Positions 11,201 to 20,557 of a stretch of DNA of 64,000 bases are shown here, in pieces; within the stretch, counting starts at the first letter, position 1; each line of letters starts with the position of its first letter. Origin of the DNA: Oxalobacter formigenes (GTDB lineage: Bacteria; Pseudomonadota; Gammaproteobacteria; Burkholderiales; Burkholderiaceae_D); NCBI GenBank assembly GCA_023667225.1, contig JAMPAN010000001.1, positions 728,365 through 792,364 on the forward strand, given 5' to 3'. Below the pieces are notes generated by a model. It did no database searches. It was not told where the DNA came from and saw nothing but the letters and a program-made list of their open reading frames with translations. The translations under genes were made by a program, and so were the position numbers.

Positions 11201-11537
11201 CCGGAGAAAACGTGAAAGCGGAAAACGTGGAAAGATTCACATAAAGCCGGTCAAAGGAAACAAAGGTTTCCTCGCTGTCCCGCTCGCTCAAAGAAACCTT
11301 TTCCAGCGTAACGGCAAGAGAAAACGGATTGAAACTGACCTCCCCGATAACCAGCTTCCGGTGAAGCTGCTCGGCAACCGCCTGTTCTGCCCTGGCCTTG
11401 ATAACCCCCGGCAGAAAAAGATAACCGGACAACCCGCAGGCAAAAAGAATGAACAAAAAAACGGATATGCCCACCGCCAGTTTCCGGCGGTATTGCAAAA
11501 AAAAGGATTTCAGCCAGGCAATATCCGGTTTTCGCAT
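8217..11537 (-). CDS. Giant envelope protein, DUF748/AsmA-like family (paralogue 1, about 1106 aa)
   Basis: N-terminal TM helix followed by the FNPFSL motif. Conserved C-terminal module (KPRNLIGFQK...KAWLIEQGGIPDARIFI). Shares N- and C-terminal modules with the adjacent 11617-16140 gene. ATG at 11537; the track start at 11573 is probably non-ATG. Confidence 0.7.
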   Translation of the reverse strand: MRKPDIAWLKSFFLQYRRKLAVGISVFLFILFACGLSGYLFLPGVIKARAEQAVAEQLHRKLVIGEVSFNPFSLAVTLEKVSLSERDSEETFVSFDRLYVNLSTFSAFTFSPVIREVELVNPYIHLSRTTGYAYNISDLIDMAMQPAEPDSRPLSYSVNNIQVDGGVIVFDDHPMKAQHRIEDIRIRIPAVSSSPSRVETFIEPYLSAQINGTRMELSGKTRPFAEDKETVFDLALKDIALPQYVAYLPYKPAFHLAGGNLSFDLKLHFIQHEGRLPELDVSGAVELDGLRLTDLAKKPMLMLDKLAVTLEKSAIFAGDFRLGQITLVRPEVYAENSASGVLNLLALAPETKKTAGQRKPDAGKEAQDKTPMKLAVGQFAVKDGRLRYTDYAAGMPCTVMANGLNLVVDETAVDIGGQSVRIGRIASDHAVLEMALEKRQQRGHAPVFSRQAAASGEPGFGVHIGEIDIGGWSVHMQNRNLKQPMGGSFTGLTAHIRDISTEPGQISALKVMANVEKKGAVRVEGRFGAAPLFADLDVDLQHVSLVALQQYIDTRVNLTLRQADVSTKGHLSLSAGKKGAFRGEYKGDVSLDNLVTLDQIRGDSFVRWKTFALRQMHVQFSPFSLTARQADLDQFFARLILGADGRLNVQNILRSEAGGKKSLTDSEAPVETAEEAGVTAVSLADASEGKTVLPPQERPEQGEAVLAAAPQPEAGLPPIRIDRFRLNHGRIRFTDNFIKPNYTADMDRVQGVISRISSDSRSAAAVSIKGQVNRAPLTVTGSVNPFNPALSLDLKGAVKGMELAQFSSYTSKYVGHGIEKGKLSFDVQYKVENGELSAENRLVLDQLTFGPKSEGDPVIGLPVELAVNLLKDGDGVIDVNLPVSGSLSDPDFSVGGIVFRVVVNLLKKAVTAPFSLLASAFGGGEELSWIAFAPGYAEVTEKEKEKLETLSKALKNRPGLKLEVTGCYDPEIDREGLARVSIDRKVREQKRREMGQAGENRRLSEVTVSTEEYAKLLKAVYSEADFKKPRNLIGFQKSLPVAEMEKLLVKHYPVQEEAFLRLADRRAAVAKAWLIEQGGIPDARIFIHASRRRDGGDGARADFSLH

Positions 11538-11616
11538 ACAGTCACCACCACAATGAATCCGTTGCCGGCACAACCGGCAGTCTGCTTATATAATAAAACG
11601 CAGTGATTCCCGGTGT

Positions 11617-14600
11617 CTATTTCTGGATAGCAAAATCTACCCGTGCCGCTGTTTCACCGTTTTCGCCTGATTCGCCCACCTTGCTGGCAAGAATAAAAAT
11701 GCGGGAATCCGCAACCTTCCCTTTTTCAACCAGCCATGCCTTGACCTGCTCTGCGCGCTGGTAAGCCAGCGCCAGGAACTCTTCCTCCGTTGCCTGGTAA
11801 TATTTTTCCATCAGCGCTTCCATTTCGGGAACCGTCAGTTTTTTCTGCATACCGATGAGGTTGCGCGGCTTTTTGATATCCGCTTCCTCATATACCCGCT
11901 CCAGCAATCCTGGGTATTCGCTGTCCTCTACCGTCAGCCGGTTTATCGTAACAGACTGTCCTTTTTCCTGGAGATCCTGGCGCTTGAGCATACGCACCTT
12001 GCGCTTAATCACCGCTTTGGCCAGTCCGGCACGGTCTGCCGAAGAATCATACAGCCCGGTAATATCCAGCTTCAGCTCCGGCCTTGAGGCAAACGCCTTG
12101 GCCAGCGCCTCCAGTTTGGGCGTTTCCTTGTCGGGAATCACCGCGCTGCCCGGCTCAAAATCCAGCCAGGCCATCTCGGCTCCCTTGCCAAACTCAATGG
12201 AAAGAAACGCAAACGGCGAAAGAATAACCCGCTTTAACGAACTCAGGAAAACCTGGGAAAGAATACCGCCGATAGAAAAACTCGGATCATCCAGCGAACC
12301 GCCGACAGGAAGATTAATATCAATCACGCCGTTACTGTCCTTAAGCAAAGAGACCGCCAGCTCGACAGGCAGGCTGGTGACCGGCTCGCCCGGCGCTTTC
12401 TCGCCAAACGTCAGCTGATCCAGTATCAGCCTGTTTTGCGCAACCAGAACGCCATCCTCAATCTTATATGTTACATCAAACGAAAGCTTGCCCTTGTCAA
12501 TGCCATAGCCGAGATACCGCGTCGTATAGGAGCTGAACTGGGCCAGCTCCATCCCGCGGACCTGCGCCTCGACATCCAGCGCAAGATGCTCCTTAAGCGG
12601 GCTGATTGTACCGGCCGCCACCAGCGGCGCATGATTGACCTGCCCGCGAAGATCAAGCCTCGCCACCGCATCGGGATCAGAGGAAAAACCGGTAACAGTC
12701 CCCTCCATTTCCGTGATATTGGCAGTGTAATTCGGCTTGATAAAATTATCAGTAAACCTGACGCGGCCTTTCTTCAGGGTCAACTTGTTTACCGTTACCA
12801 GCGGCAGCCCGGCCTGGCCTGATACGGCAGCACCCGGACTGACAGGCCGGGTTGTCACATTCCCCTTGTCACCTGAACGGGATTGCCGCCCGTCCCCTGC
12901 CGCAGCCAGGTCGTCCAGCTCATTCTCCGTTTCCGTCAGGCTGGTTTGCCCGCCTGCCCGGCTTCTCAGGATATTGCGCAAATTCAGCCTGCCATCCGGA
13001 TTGAGGATCACCCGTGCAAAAAAGCGGTTCAGCTCTGCCTCCCCAATCCGGACAGAAAGCGGCGCCACATTGGCATCAACCTCCTTTAACGCCAGCGTAT
13101 TCCACCGGACAAACGTATCCTTATTGACCTGGTCAACTGTATGCAGCCGCGACAAAGCCGCTTCCCCCTTGTAGCCGCCCTCCAGCCCGCCTGCCGGAGT
13201 GGCTTTCAGGCGAACCTGCCCTGCCAGGGACAAATCCGCACGGTTCATGGTCAGGTTGACATAATCATCAATATACGGCTGGATGGCGACAAGGCTCACC
13301 TCCTTTACATCAAGCGCCATATCCACATCCAGCGGCGAAAACCCCGCTTTCCCGTCTGCCGCCAGTTTGCCCGTCTTGTTCACCGTCGCCCGCACAGAAA
13401 GCCTGGCGGGCGAACCGGAAGGGAACGACACCTCCTGCGCTGTCAATCCCAAATCCGTTACCGAAACACCCAGCGATTTTTCCAGATTGGTATTGCGTCC
13501 CTTCAGGGTCCAGCCCGCCAGAACCAGCTTGCCGATATGAACGGCATAAGGCGGCGCCTGCGGCATCACCACAGGGCTGCTATCCGCTGCCGTCTTTTTT
13601 CCAGCTGTTTTTTCGTGCTTCTCAATCTGCCCGGCCAGCACCCCGTTTTTGGAAGCAATCTCGCCTACCGCAATACTCCGTTTTTCCGTATCAAGCCGGA
13701 TATCAGATGCCGTCAGGTTTACCCGGCTTGCGTAACCCGAAACCGGCATACCGGCAATATCCGTTGTATTCCGGTTCTTCAGGCGCGCCGTCCAGTCCGA
13801 TACGGCAACCTTGCCGATATTCACGGCAAACCCTTCGGCAGGCTGCGCCTTTTGCGCTTCCATCACTGAAGCCAGCAGCCCTGCCCGCGCAGCGGCGCGT
13901 TTTCCCCTGGAAGAAGGCTTGTCAGGGTAAGGTTCCAGCTCAATTTCGGCCTCCCCTCCCGCAGAGCGGATGGCGGCAACCGAAACCGCCTTGTCTTTCA
14001 GGCGGATATCCGCATCGTCAACCGTCACCCCCATGCGGGCAAACGTTGCGGAAAAAGGCGTTTCAAAAGGATCAAGGCGATTGCTGTTTTTGACCTTGCC
14101 AGACCAGCCGGCCACTTCCAGCCTGCCCGTCCGGATATGATAGGGCGAACCGGCCTTGCCAGCGGCGGCAGAACCGTAAGACACAACCGGCGGACAGTTT
14201 TCCATCAGCACATCAAAACGGCCGCCGGCAGAACGGATATACGCCGCGCTGGCTTCCTGCTTCTTCATATCAACCAGCGCCTTCTCCACTTTCAGTCCAA
14301 ACTGGCTGACCGCCGCCGAAACCGGCAGCCCCGCCGCCTCCCGGTTACGGTTTGTCAGGCGGGCAGACCAGCCGGCAATTCCCACCTTGCCAATACTGAT
14401 TTCAAAAGCCCCTGTTCCCGCTGCCTTAACCGGCGCAGACAGTTTCCCGGCAGGATGATCCTCAAGAGTCACATCAAAGGAAGCGCCGGATGACTGCACC
14501 TCCCCCACTGAAACCTTTTCCGCCGCCGGATCAAGCGAAACCTCCTCAACAACCATCCCAAAACGGTTGATTGATGCCGAAAACGGCTGGGCGGCCATCT

Positions 14601-16140
14601 CGCGGGAAGCCGTATGCCGAATCCGGCCATTCCAGTTAGCCAGGCTGAATTTGCCTACCTGCACAGCCAACCCCGGCGCACCCTGCCCCTCTTTACCGGT
14701 ATCTTCAACCGCAGCGGCAGACGGCGCACCGCTGTAAAGCGCCGCATCAAAACGCCCGCCAGGGGAATGAATCCGGCCCACCTTCAGCTTCTGCGCGGCA
14801 AAATCCATTTCCGCATCCTGGATAACCAGGTCAAAATCGCCAAGCGAAGCCCCTGATAAAGCCGCGCCGGCATAACCCTCATAGCGCAGCCTGGCCTTTT
14901 TCACCAGCAATTCCTTCAGGGTAAAAGTCATGCTTTTGGCTTCCGCCGCCGGTGCTCCGGAAGCTTTTGCGCTGTCTGTTGGCAAAGCGGCCTCTTCTTC
15001 CGGCAACGCCGCTTCCTCATCCGCTTTGGCCAGCAAATCGGCAATATCAGGCACACCGTTTTTATCGCTGGCAACATGAAGTTCCGGCCGGACAATCTCC
15101 AGCCGGTCAATCCGGTAAGCGCCCTTGTCCGGCGAATTGGCGCCCAGATGCAAATCCAGCTTTTCCATGCTGAAAAACGGCTTGTCCTGCCGGGTCATGA
15201 GAATGGAACGCAGCGTAGCCTGCCCGCCGATATCCACGCTTGTCTGCGCCTCTTTCGGGCGGTGAATATATAACGAAAGATGCAAATCCAGCCACCCCTC
15301 GCGAAGGCGGTATGCCGGATTCAGCGGGAGATAATTAAAAATGCGTGTCAGATCAATACGATCCATATTGAACCGGAGAATACTGTCTCGGCTTTCAGCC
15401 GACGGCCTCTCGCGGGTAATCTCCAGGCGCTTGCCGTTAACCATCGCCTCAAACCGCGGTTCCACATGGCGGACAATCCCCCTGACCGGCCCCCTGTAAA
15501 GGTAAGGCAACCCGATATGGAAATCGCTGATTAGCGTCTGCGTCCCTTTTTCCCGGTTTTCCAGCTCAATACGGGCATCCACAATCTGGAGATTGTAAAT
15601 GCCAAACTTGCGTTTCCGGATAGCCGCCCGCCGTTCCGCAGCATTTTGCGGCCGCCTTTCCGGCTCCGCTTCCGGCTTTGTCTCCTTTTCCCCTTCCTGC
15701 GTGCTGAAAAGCGAAACAATATCATCGAAATTGCGCCTGCCCTGCTCAAAACGCACCACGCGCACAAAGGGCTTCACCAGCTTGAATTCGGTAATAACCG
15801 GCGTCAGGCGAAAAACCGAAGCGGGAGAAACCGCTGCGTAAAGCTGCTCAAACGCCGCAAAACGCGCCTCGCTTCCCGGCTCGGATAAACTCACCCCCTT
15901 AATATCCAGCGTCAGCGAAAAAGGATTGAAATCAATCTGCTCAATCACCAGCGTGCGCTGCAACTTTTCCCTGGCCAACGCCTGCGCGCGGGATTGGATA
16001 TAAGAAGGCAGCACCCAGAACCCCAGCGCCGCATACAAAAAAAACAGGCAAAGGCAAACGCACAGGAACCCAATCGCTATCTTTTTGGTCCTGTTGCTCT
16101 GCACAAAGGTAAAAACCGCTTTTTTCAGCCTGTCCTTCAT
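11617..16140 (-). CDS. Giant envelope protein, DUF748/AsmA-like family (paralogue 2, about 1507 aa)
   Basis: Same N-terminal module (TM helix, FNPFSLTL) and C-terminal module (KPRNLIGMQK...KAWLVEKGKVADSRIFI) as the 8217-11537 gene, with a longer, divergent, repeat-rich central region. Confidence 0.7.
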   Translation of the reverse strand: MKDRLKKAVFTFVQSNRTKKIAIGFLCVCLCLFFLYAALGFWVLPSYIQSRAQALAREKLQRTLVIEQIDFNPFSLTLDIKGVSLSEPGSEARFAAFEQLYAAVSPASVFRLTPVITEFKLVKPFVRVVRFEQGRRNFDDIVSLFSTQEGEKETKPEAEPERRPQNAAERRAAIRKRKFGIYNLQIVDARIELENREKGTQTLISDFHIGLPYLYRGPVRGIVRHVEPRFEAMVNGKRLEITRERPSAESRDSILRFNMDRIDLTRIFNYLPLNPAYRLREGWLDLHLSLYIHRPKEAQTSVDIGGQATLRSILMTRQDKPFFSMEKLDLHLGANSPDKGAYRIDRLEIVRPELHVASDKNGVPDIADLLAKADEEAALPEEEAALPTDSAKASGAPAAEAKSMTFTLKELLVKKARLRYEGYAGAALSGASLGDFDLVIQDAEMDFAAQKLKVGRIHSPGGRFDAALYSGAPSAAAVEDTGKEGQGAPGLAVQVGKFSLANWNGRIRHTASREMAAQPFSASINRFGMVVEEVSLDPAAEKVSVGEVQSSGASFDVTLEDHPAGKLSAPVKAAGTGAFEISIGKVGIAGWSARLTNRNREAAGLPVSAAVSQFGLKVEKALVDMKKQEASAAYIRSAGGRFDVLMENCPPVVSYGSAAAGKAGSPYHIRTGRLEVAGWSGKVKNSNRLDPFETPFSATFARMGVTVDDADIRLKDKAVSVAAIRSAGGEAEIELEPYPDKPSSRGKRAAARAGLLASVMEAQKAQPAEGFAVNIGKVAVSDWTARLKNRNTTDIAGMPVSGYASRVNLTASDIRLDTEKRSIAVGEIASKNGVLAGQIEKHEKTAGKKTAADSSPVVMPQAPPYAVHIGKLVLAGWTLKGRNTNLEKSLGVSVTDLGLTAQEVSFPSGSPARLSVRATVNKTGKLAADGKAGFSPLDVDMALDVKEVSLVAIQPYIDDYVNLTMNRADLSLAGQVRLKATPAGGLEGGYKGEAALSRLHTVDQVNKDTFVRWNTLALKEVDANVAPLSVRIGEAELNRFFARVILNPDGRLNLRNILRSRAGGQTSLTETENELDDLAAAGDGRQSRSGDKGNVTTRPVSPGAAVSGQAGLPLVTVNKLTLKKGRVRFTDNFIKPNYTANITEMEGTVTGFSSDPDAVARLDLRGQVNHAPLVAAGTISPLKEHLALDVEAQVRGMELAQFSSYTTRYLGYGIDKGKLSFDVTYKIEDGVLVAQNRLILDQLTFGEKAPGEPVTSLPVELAVSLLKDSNGVIDINLPVGGSLDDPSFSIGGILSQVFLSSLKRVILSPFAFLSIEFGKGAEMAWLDFEPGSAVIPDKETPKLEALAKAFASRPELKLDITGLYDSSADRAGLAKAVIKRKVRMLKRQDLQEKGQSVTINRLTVEDSEYPGLLERVYEEADIKKPRNLIGMQKKLTVPEMEALMEKYYQATEEEFLALAYQRAEQVKAWLVEKGKVADSRIFILASKVGESGENGETAARVDFAIQK

Positions 16141-16343
16141 CAATACGCGCCTGCCATAACCCGTCTTTCCCGGTTAAGGATAACCCGTTTTTCCCTTCTT
16201 TTCACGCCCTTTCCCGTTTTCACCCAACCAATCCGGCAGGATGTTTGACAAAGCTCCGGTCAGCCCCTCCCGTTGTGGTGTCCAATAAACTCTGGCGGCC
16301 AGTCCCGCGCGTTTTTTATCCCAACGGCAGAAAAGGAAACCGC

Positions 16344-18044
16344 ATGCACATCTTCTACGACCCTGTTCACCGTCTTTTTGGCGCTTCCCCCGAAATAGCC
16401 CTCTTTCTCTCCCTGTGCCTGGGCTACCTCGTCGGAAAAATCCGCTTCGGCAAATTCCAGCTTGGCGGCGTCGCCGGCTCCTTGCTGATGGCCGTCCTGG
16501 TCAGCCAGTTCGGCGTGCAAGTCAGCGACGGCATCAAGAACATCCTCTTTGCGCTATTCATTTTCGCTGTCGGCTACACCAGCGGCCCGGCATTTTTCCG
16601 CTCGCTTGGCAAACACAGTCTCCGCGAAATTGCCCTTTCCCTGGTACTGGCTTCATCGGGACTAATCACCGTCGTCATCATTGCCCGCCTCTTTTCACTG
16701 GACAAAGGCACCGCCGCCGGCATTGCCGCAGGGGGACTCACACAATCTGCCATCATGGGCACCGCCGAATCTGCCATCAACAGCATGAACCTCGGAACCG
16801 AAGCCACCTCGCAAATGATTGCCAACATTTCGGTCGGTTACGGCGTCACCTACATCTTCGGTTCATTCGGCGCCATCCTGATCTGCGTAAACCTCCTGGA
16901 AAAATTCATGGGCAAAAGCATCCGGGACGATGCCCTCAAGGCAGAATCGGCACGCGGTCATACCGGCATCATCCTGGGCGAAGGAGAACAGCTTGCCGCT
17001 CCCGAATTTGTCGGCCGCGTTTTCCTTGCCGGGCCTGCCGCAGGTAAAACCGTACAGGAATTCGAGCAATCCTCCGGCCAGTACCCCGTCACCATCTCGC
17101 GTATCCGGCGCAACCATGCGTTAATCGGCGTTACCCCCCAAACCCTGCTTGAAGACGGCGACAGCCTGCTTCTCATCGGCCAGCGCGATGCCATATTGGC
17201 AGCTGCCGGAAAACTCGGCAGAGAACAACCCGTCCGGCAGGATATGCAATTGCCGGTGCTGGCACGGGAAATCGTACTGGGCAGCGAGCGCTACCACAAC
17301 AAAACCCTCCAGGAAATCCAGAAAATGACTTCCCCTGAAATGCGTCACGGGCTTTACCTCCTTTCCATTTCACGCGGCAGCCAGAACCTGCCTGTTACGC
17401 TGGAAACCCGCGTCAGGCGCGGCGATATCTTCCGCCTGTACGGTGAAGAACAGGATATCCGCCGGGCTGCCTCGGCAATCGGCTATGCCATCGTCCCCAG
17501 TGAAAAAACCGACCTGATCTATATGAGCCTCGGCATTGCCGCCGGCCTGCTGATCGGGCTTGGCGTTGTCCGCATCGGCAGCATTCCCCTAACGCTGGGA
17601 AGCGGCGGCGGCGCGCTCCTGTCCGGGCTGATCTTCGGATGGTGGCGCAGCAAACACATGAACATGGGCGCCTTGCCCGGAGCAGCCTCACAACTGATGA
17701 AAGACCTGGGCTTAGCCGGCTTCGTCGCCGTAGTGGGCCTTAACTACGGTATGCAGGCAGTCCAGACCGTCAAAACGCACGGCCTTTCCATTTTCCTGGC
17801 CGGCGTGCTGGTCACCGTCATCCCGCTTGCCGTCACCATGCTCATCGGACGTTATGCCTTGCGCTACAACAACGCAGCTATTTTTGCCGGCGCACTCTCC
17901 GGCTCGCGCAGCGCCAACCCGGCCTTTGGCGAAGTCCTGGAAAAAGCCGGAAACGATATTCCCACCACCCCGTTTGCTATCACCTATGCGCTGGCAAATG
18001 TTTTTCTCACCCTCCTCGGCCCGCTTGTTGTGGCATTGGCCTGA
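16344..18044 (+). CDS. aspT: Aspartate:alanine antiporter (AspT/YidE/YbjL transporter family with central TrkA-C domains)
   Basis: Duplicated transporter halves flank two TrkA_C-like domains. Directly upstream of an aspartate 4-decarboxylase. ATG at 16344 is preceded by AAGGA; the track start at 16245 is a 5' extension. Confidence 0.75.
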   Translation: MHIFYDPVHRLFGASPEIALFLSLCLGYLVGKIRFGKFQLGGVAGSLLMAVLVSQFGVQVSDGIKNILFALFIFAVGYTSGPAFFRSLGKHSLREIALSLVLASSGLITVVIIARLFSLDKGTAAGIAAGGLTQSAIMGTAESAINSMNLGTEATSQMIANISVGYGVTYIFGSFGAILICVNLLEKFMGKSIRDDALKAESARGHTGIILGEGEQLAAPEFVGRVFLAGPAAGKTVQEFEQSSGQYPVTISRIRRNHALIGVTPQTLLEDGDSLLLIGQRDAILAAAGKLGREQPVRQDMQLPVLAREIVLGSERYHNKTLQEIQKMTSPEMRHGLYLLSISRGSQNLPVTLETRVRRGDIFRLYGEEQDIRRAASAIGYAIVPSEKTDLIYMSLGIAAGLLIGLGVVRIGSIPLTLGSGGGALLSGLIFGWWRSKHMNMGALPGAASQLMKDLGLAGFVAVVGLNYGMQAVQTVKTHGLSIFLAGVLVTVIPLAVTMLIGRYALRYNNAAIFAGALSGSRSANPAFGEVLEKAGNDIPTTPFAITYALANVFLTLLGPLVVALA

Positions 18045-18065
18045 CCTGACTGAAAGGAACCGATA

Positions 18066-19670
18066 ATGAATACGCCCAACCTCCAGGAACTATCCTCCCT
18101 AAGCCCGTTTGAACTGAAAAACTTCCTCATGGATACCGCCTCAAGAAGCAAAGCGCAGCTCCTTTTGAACGCCGGACGCGGCAATCCCAACTTCCTGGCA
18201 ACCGAACCGCGCCATGCCTTTTTCCAGCTCGGCATTTTCGCCATGCAGGAATCCGAACGCGCCTTTTCCTACATGCCGCAGGGAGTCGGCGGCTTCCCGC
18301 AAAAAGAAGGTCTGGAAGGCCGGTTTGATATCTTCACCAACGAATACCGCCAGCTGCCGGGCGTTGGCTTCATCCGGAAAGCCGTTTCCTACGTGCGCGA
18401 CCATCTTGGACTGCCCGCCTGCGAATTTATCTATGAAATGTGCGAAGGCATCCTGGGCTGTATGTACCCGGTGCCGGACCGTATGCTTTCTCTCTCGGAA
18501 AAAATCGTCAGAGAATACCTCCGCAAGGAAATGATTGGCTGCACGCCTTTCAAAGGCAACTTCAACCTTTTTGCCGTGGAAGGCGGCACAGCCGCCATGA
18601 CTTACCTCTTCTCCTCCCTGAAAGCCAACCGCATCCTGGAAAAAGGCGACACCATCGCACTGGGCATACCGATTTTCACCCCCTACATCGAAATCCCCGA
18701 ACTAAACGACTACCAGCTAAAAGAAGTCGGCATCAATGCCAGTGCAGAAGGAAAATGGCAATACGGCAAAGCCGAACTCGACAAACTGCTGGACCCGCAA
18801 ATCAAGGCCTTCTTTCTGGTCAACCCCAGCAATCCGCCCTCCGTGCGCATCTCGGATGAAGACCTGGCCTGCCTGGCTGAAATCATCAAAAAACGACCGG
18901 AACTCATCATCCTCACCGATGATGTTTACGGTACCTTTGCCGACAACTTCACCTCCCTTTTCGCCACCTGCCCGCACAACACCATCCTCGTATATTCCTT
19001 TTCCAAATACTTTGGCGCAACCGGATGGCGGCTTGGCGTCATCGCGCTTCATGAAAACAATATCCTGGACAAAATGATCGGCCAGCTGCCGGAAAACACA
19101 AAACAAACACTGGACAGGCGCTACCGCTCCATCACCACCAGCCCGCGCAGCCTGCCCTTCATCGACCGGCTGGTAGCCGACAGCCGCACCGTGGCGCTCA
19201 ACCACACAGCAGGGCTGGCCACCCCCGCACAGGTACAAATGGTATTGTTTTCGCTGTTTGCTTTAATGGATGAAAACGATGATTACAAGCAGGCCATGAA
19301 GCGCCTCATCCGCCACCGGCTTGACGCCCTCTATCGCGACCAGGGCATCCGGCCGGTACATGATGAAAACACCGTCGCCTATTACCACCTGCTCAACATG
19401 GAAACCCAGGGCGCAGCCCTTTACGGGAAAGGTTTTGTCCAGTGGTTCCTGAAAACGCTCAAGCCCAACGAATTCCTTTTCAGGCTGGCAGAACACGCCG
19501 GTGTGGTACTTTTGCCCGGCGCAGGCTTTGGCACAACCCATCCTTCCGCCCGCGTCTCGCTCGCCAACCTGACCGAAGTGGAATATACCCGCATCGGCCA
19601 CGCCGTGCGTACCCTGATGGACAGCTACTACCGGCAATATCAACAACAAACCGGCGAAACCACCCGGTAA
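18066..19670 (+). CDS. asdA: Aspartate 4-decarboxylase (bifunctional aspartate aminotransferase / aspartate beta-decarboxylase, PLP-dependent)
   Basis: 534 aa, class-I aminotransferase fold (SFSKYFGATGWRLG) with a long N-terminal extension typical of AsdA. Paired with aspT. Confidence 0.8.
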   Translation: MNTPNLQELSSLSPFELKNFLMDTASRSKAQLLLNAGRGNPNFLATEPRHAFFQLGIFAMQESERAFSYMPQGVGGFPQKEGLEGRFDIFTNEYRQLPGVGFIRKAVSYVRDHLGLPACEFIYEMCEGILGCMYPVPDRMLSLSEKIVREYLRKEMIGCTPFKGNFNLFAVEGGTAAMTYLFSSLKANRILEKGDTIALGIPIFTPYIEIPELNDYQLKEVGINASAEGKWQYGKAELDKLLDPQIKAFFLVNPSNPPSVRISDEDLACLAEIIKKRPELIILTDDVYGTFADNFTSLFATCPHNTILVYSFSKYFGATGWRLGVIALHENNILDKMIGQLPENTKQTLDRRYRSITTSPRSLPFIDRLVADSRTVALNHTAGLATPAQVQMVLFSLFALMDENDDYKQAMKRLIRHRLDALYRDQGIRPVHDENTVAYYHLLNMETQGAALYGKGFVQWFLKTLKPNEFLFRLAEHAGVVLLPGAGFGTTHPSARVSLANLTEVEYTRIGHAVRTLMDSYYRQYQQQTGETTR

Positions 19671-19722
19671 TCCTGCCAGGTAAAGCCGTATAGCTGCGGC
19701 CATGCGGCTTTACCACCCCCGG

Positions 19723-20481
19723 TTATTCCACCATCCGTTCCAGCTGCTCCAGCTGTTTCATATCCACCTTTTCTTCTTCCGGCGCATCTTCACACTCAAT
19801 ACCGGCATTCTCCAGAGCCTGCCGGAGATTTTTCAGCTGCGCCTCCTGCGCCGCCGCATTATTGATCAGCCCGCGCAGCGCCTTGTACAACGGGTCATCC
19901 CCCTTGGGCGCAATCCCGTAAGAAGAAAAAAGCCGGGATGCCGCATCATTTTCCCGCTCCCTGTCCGTCTGGAGAATAATCCGCGCAGGGTTGCCCACCG
20001 CCGTTGCCCCGGCAGGAATCTCACGCACCACCACCGCATTGGAACCCACCTTGGCATTTTCCCCCACAGTAAAATTGCCCAGCAGCTGTGCGCCCGCTCC
20101 CACAATCACCCCCCGGCCAAGCGTCGGGTGGCGCTTCTTCCCTTCCGCCAGCGAAGTGCCGCCCAGCGTCACACCTTGGTAAATCGTGCAGTCATCACCC
20201 ACTTCGGCCGTCTCGCCAATCACCACGCCAAAACCGTGATCAATGAAAACCCGGCGGCCAATCACCGCGCCCGGATGGATTTCAATACCGGTCAAAAGCC
20301 GCGACAGCGAAGAAAGAAAACGGCCCAGCCAGCGCAGCCTGCACTGCCAAAGCCAATGCGAAATACGATGCAGGAGAATAGCATGCAGCCCCGGATAGCA
20401 CGTCAGCACCTCCCACGCATTCCGCGCAGCCGGATCGCGTTCAAGAATACTGGCAATATCATCGCGAAGATGTCGAAACAT
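19723..20481 (-). CDS. cysE: Serine O-acetyltransferase
   Basis: Left-handed beta-helix hexapeptide repeats (GAVIGRRVFIDHGFGVVIGETAEVGDDCTIYQGVTLGG). ATG at 20481 (MFRHLRDD); the track start at 20622 is a 5' extension. Confidence 0.85.
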   Translation of the reverse strand: MFRHLRDDIASILERDPAARNAWEVLTCYPGLHAILLHRISHWLWQCRLRWLGRFLSSLSRLLTGIEIHPGAVIGRRVFIDHGFGVVIGETAEVGDDCTIYQGVTLGGTSLAEGKKRHPTLGRGVIVGAGAQLLGNFTVGENAKVGSNAVVVREIPAGATAVGNPARIILQTDRERENDAASRLFSSYGIAPKGDDPLYKALRGLINNAAAQEAQLKNLRQALENAGIECEDAPEEEKVDMKQLEQLERMVE

Positions 20482-20557
20482 GGAACTACCAAAAAAAGAT
20501 AAGGAAGCAGATAATAGCCTGTTTGGCCCGCCCCGTACAAATCCGGGCAAAAACAGG

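Noticed and set aside
10107-11606. 499-aa plus-strand ORF (and many other 60-240-aa ORFs) antisense to the DUF748 giant genes.
   Set aside because: Typical high-GC antisense open frames: Arg/His/Pro-rich low-complexity translations, no RBS, fully nested in strongly supported genes.
16245-16343. N-terminal extensions given in the ORF track for aspT, cysE, ggt, lpxH, ruvA, fis, the M23 peptidase, LOG and others.
   Set aside because: The extended starts are mostly TTG/GTG codons without RBSs, or overlap upstream genes. Internal ATGs with good RBSs and orthologue-like N-termini were preferred.
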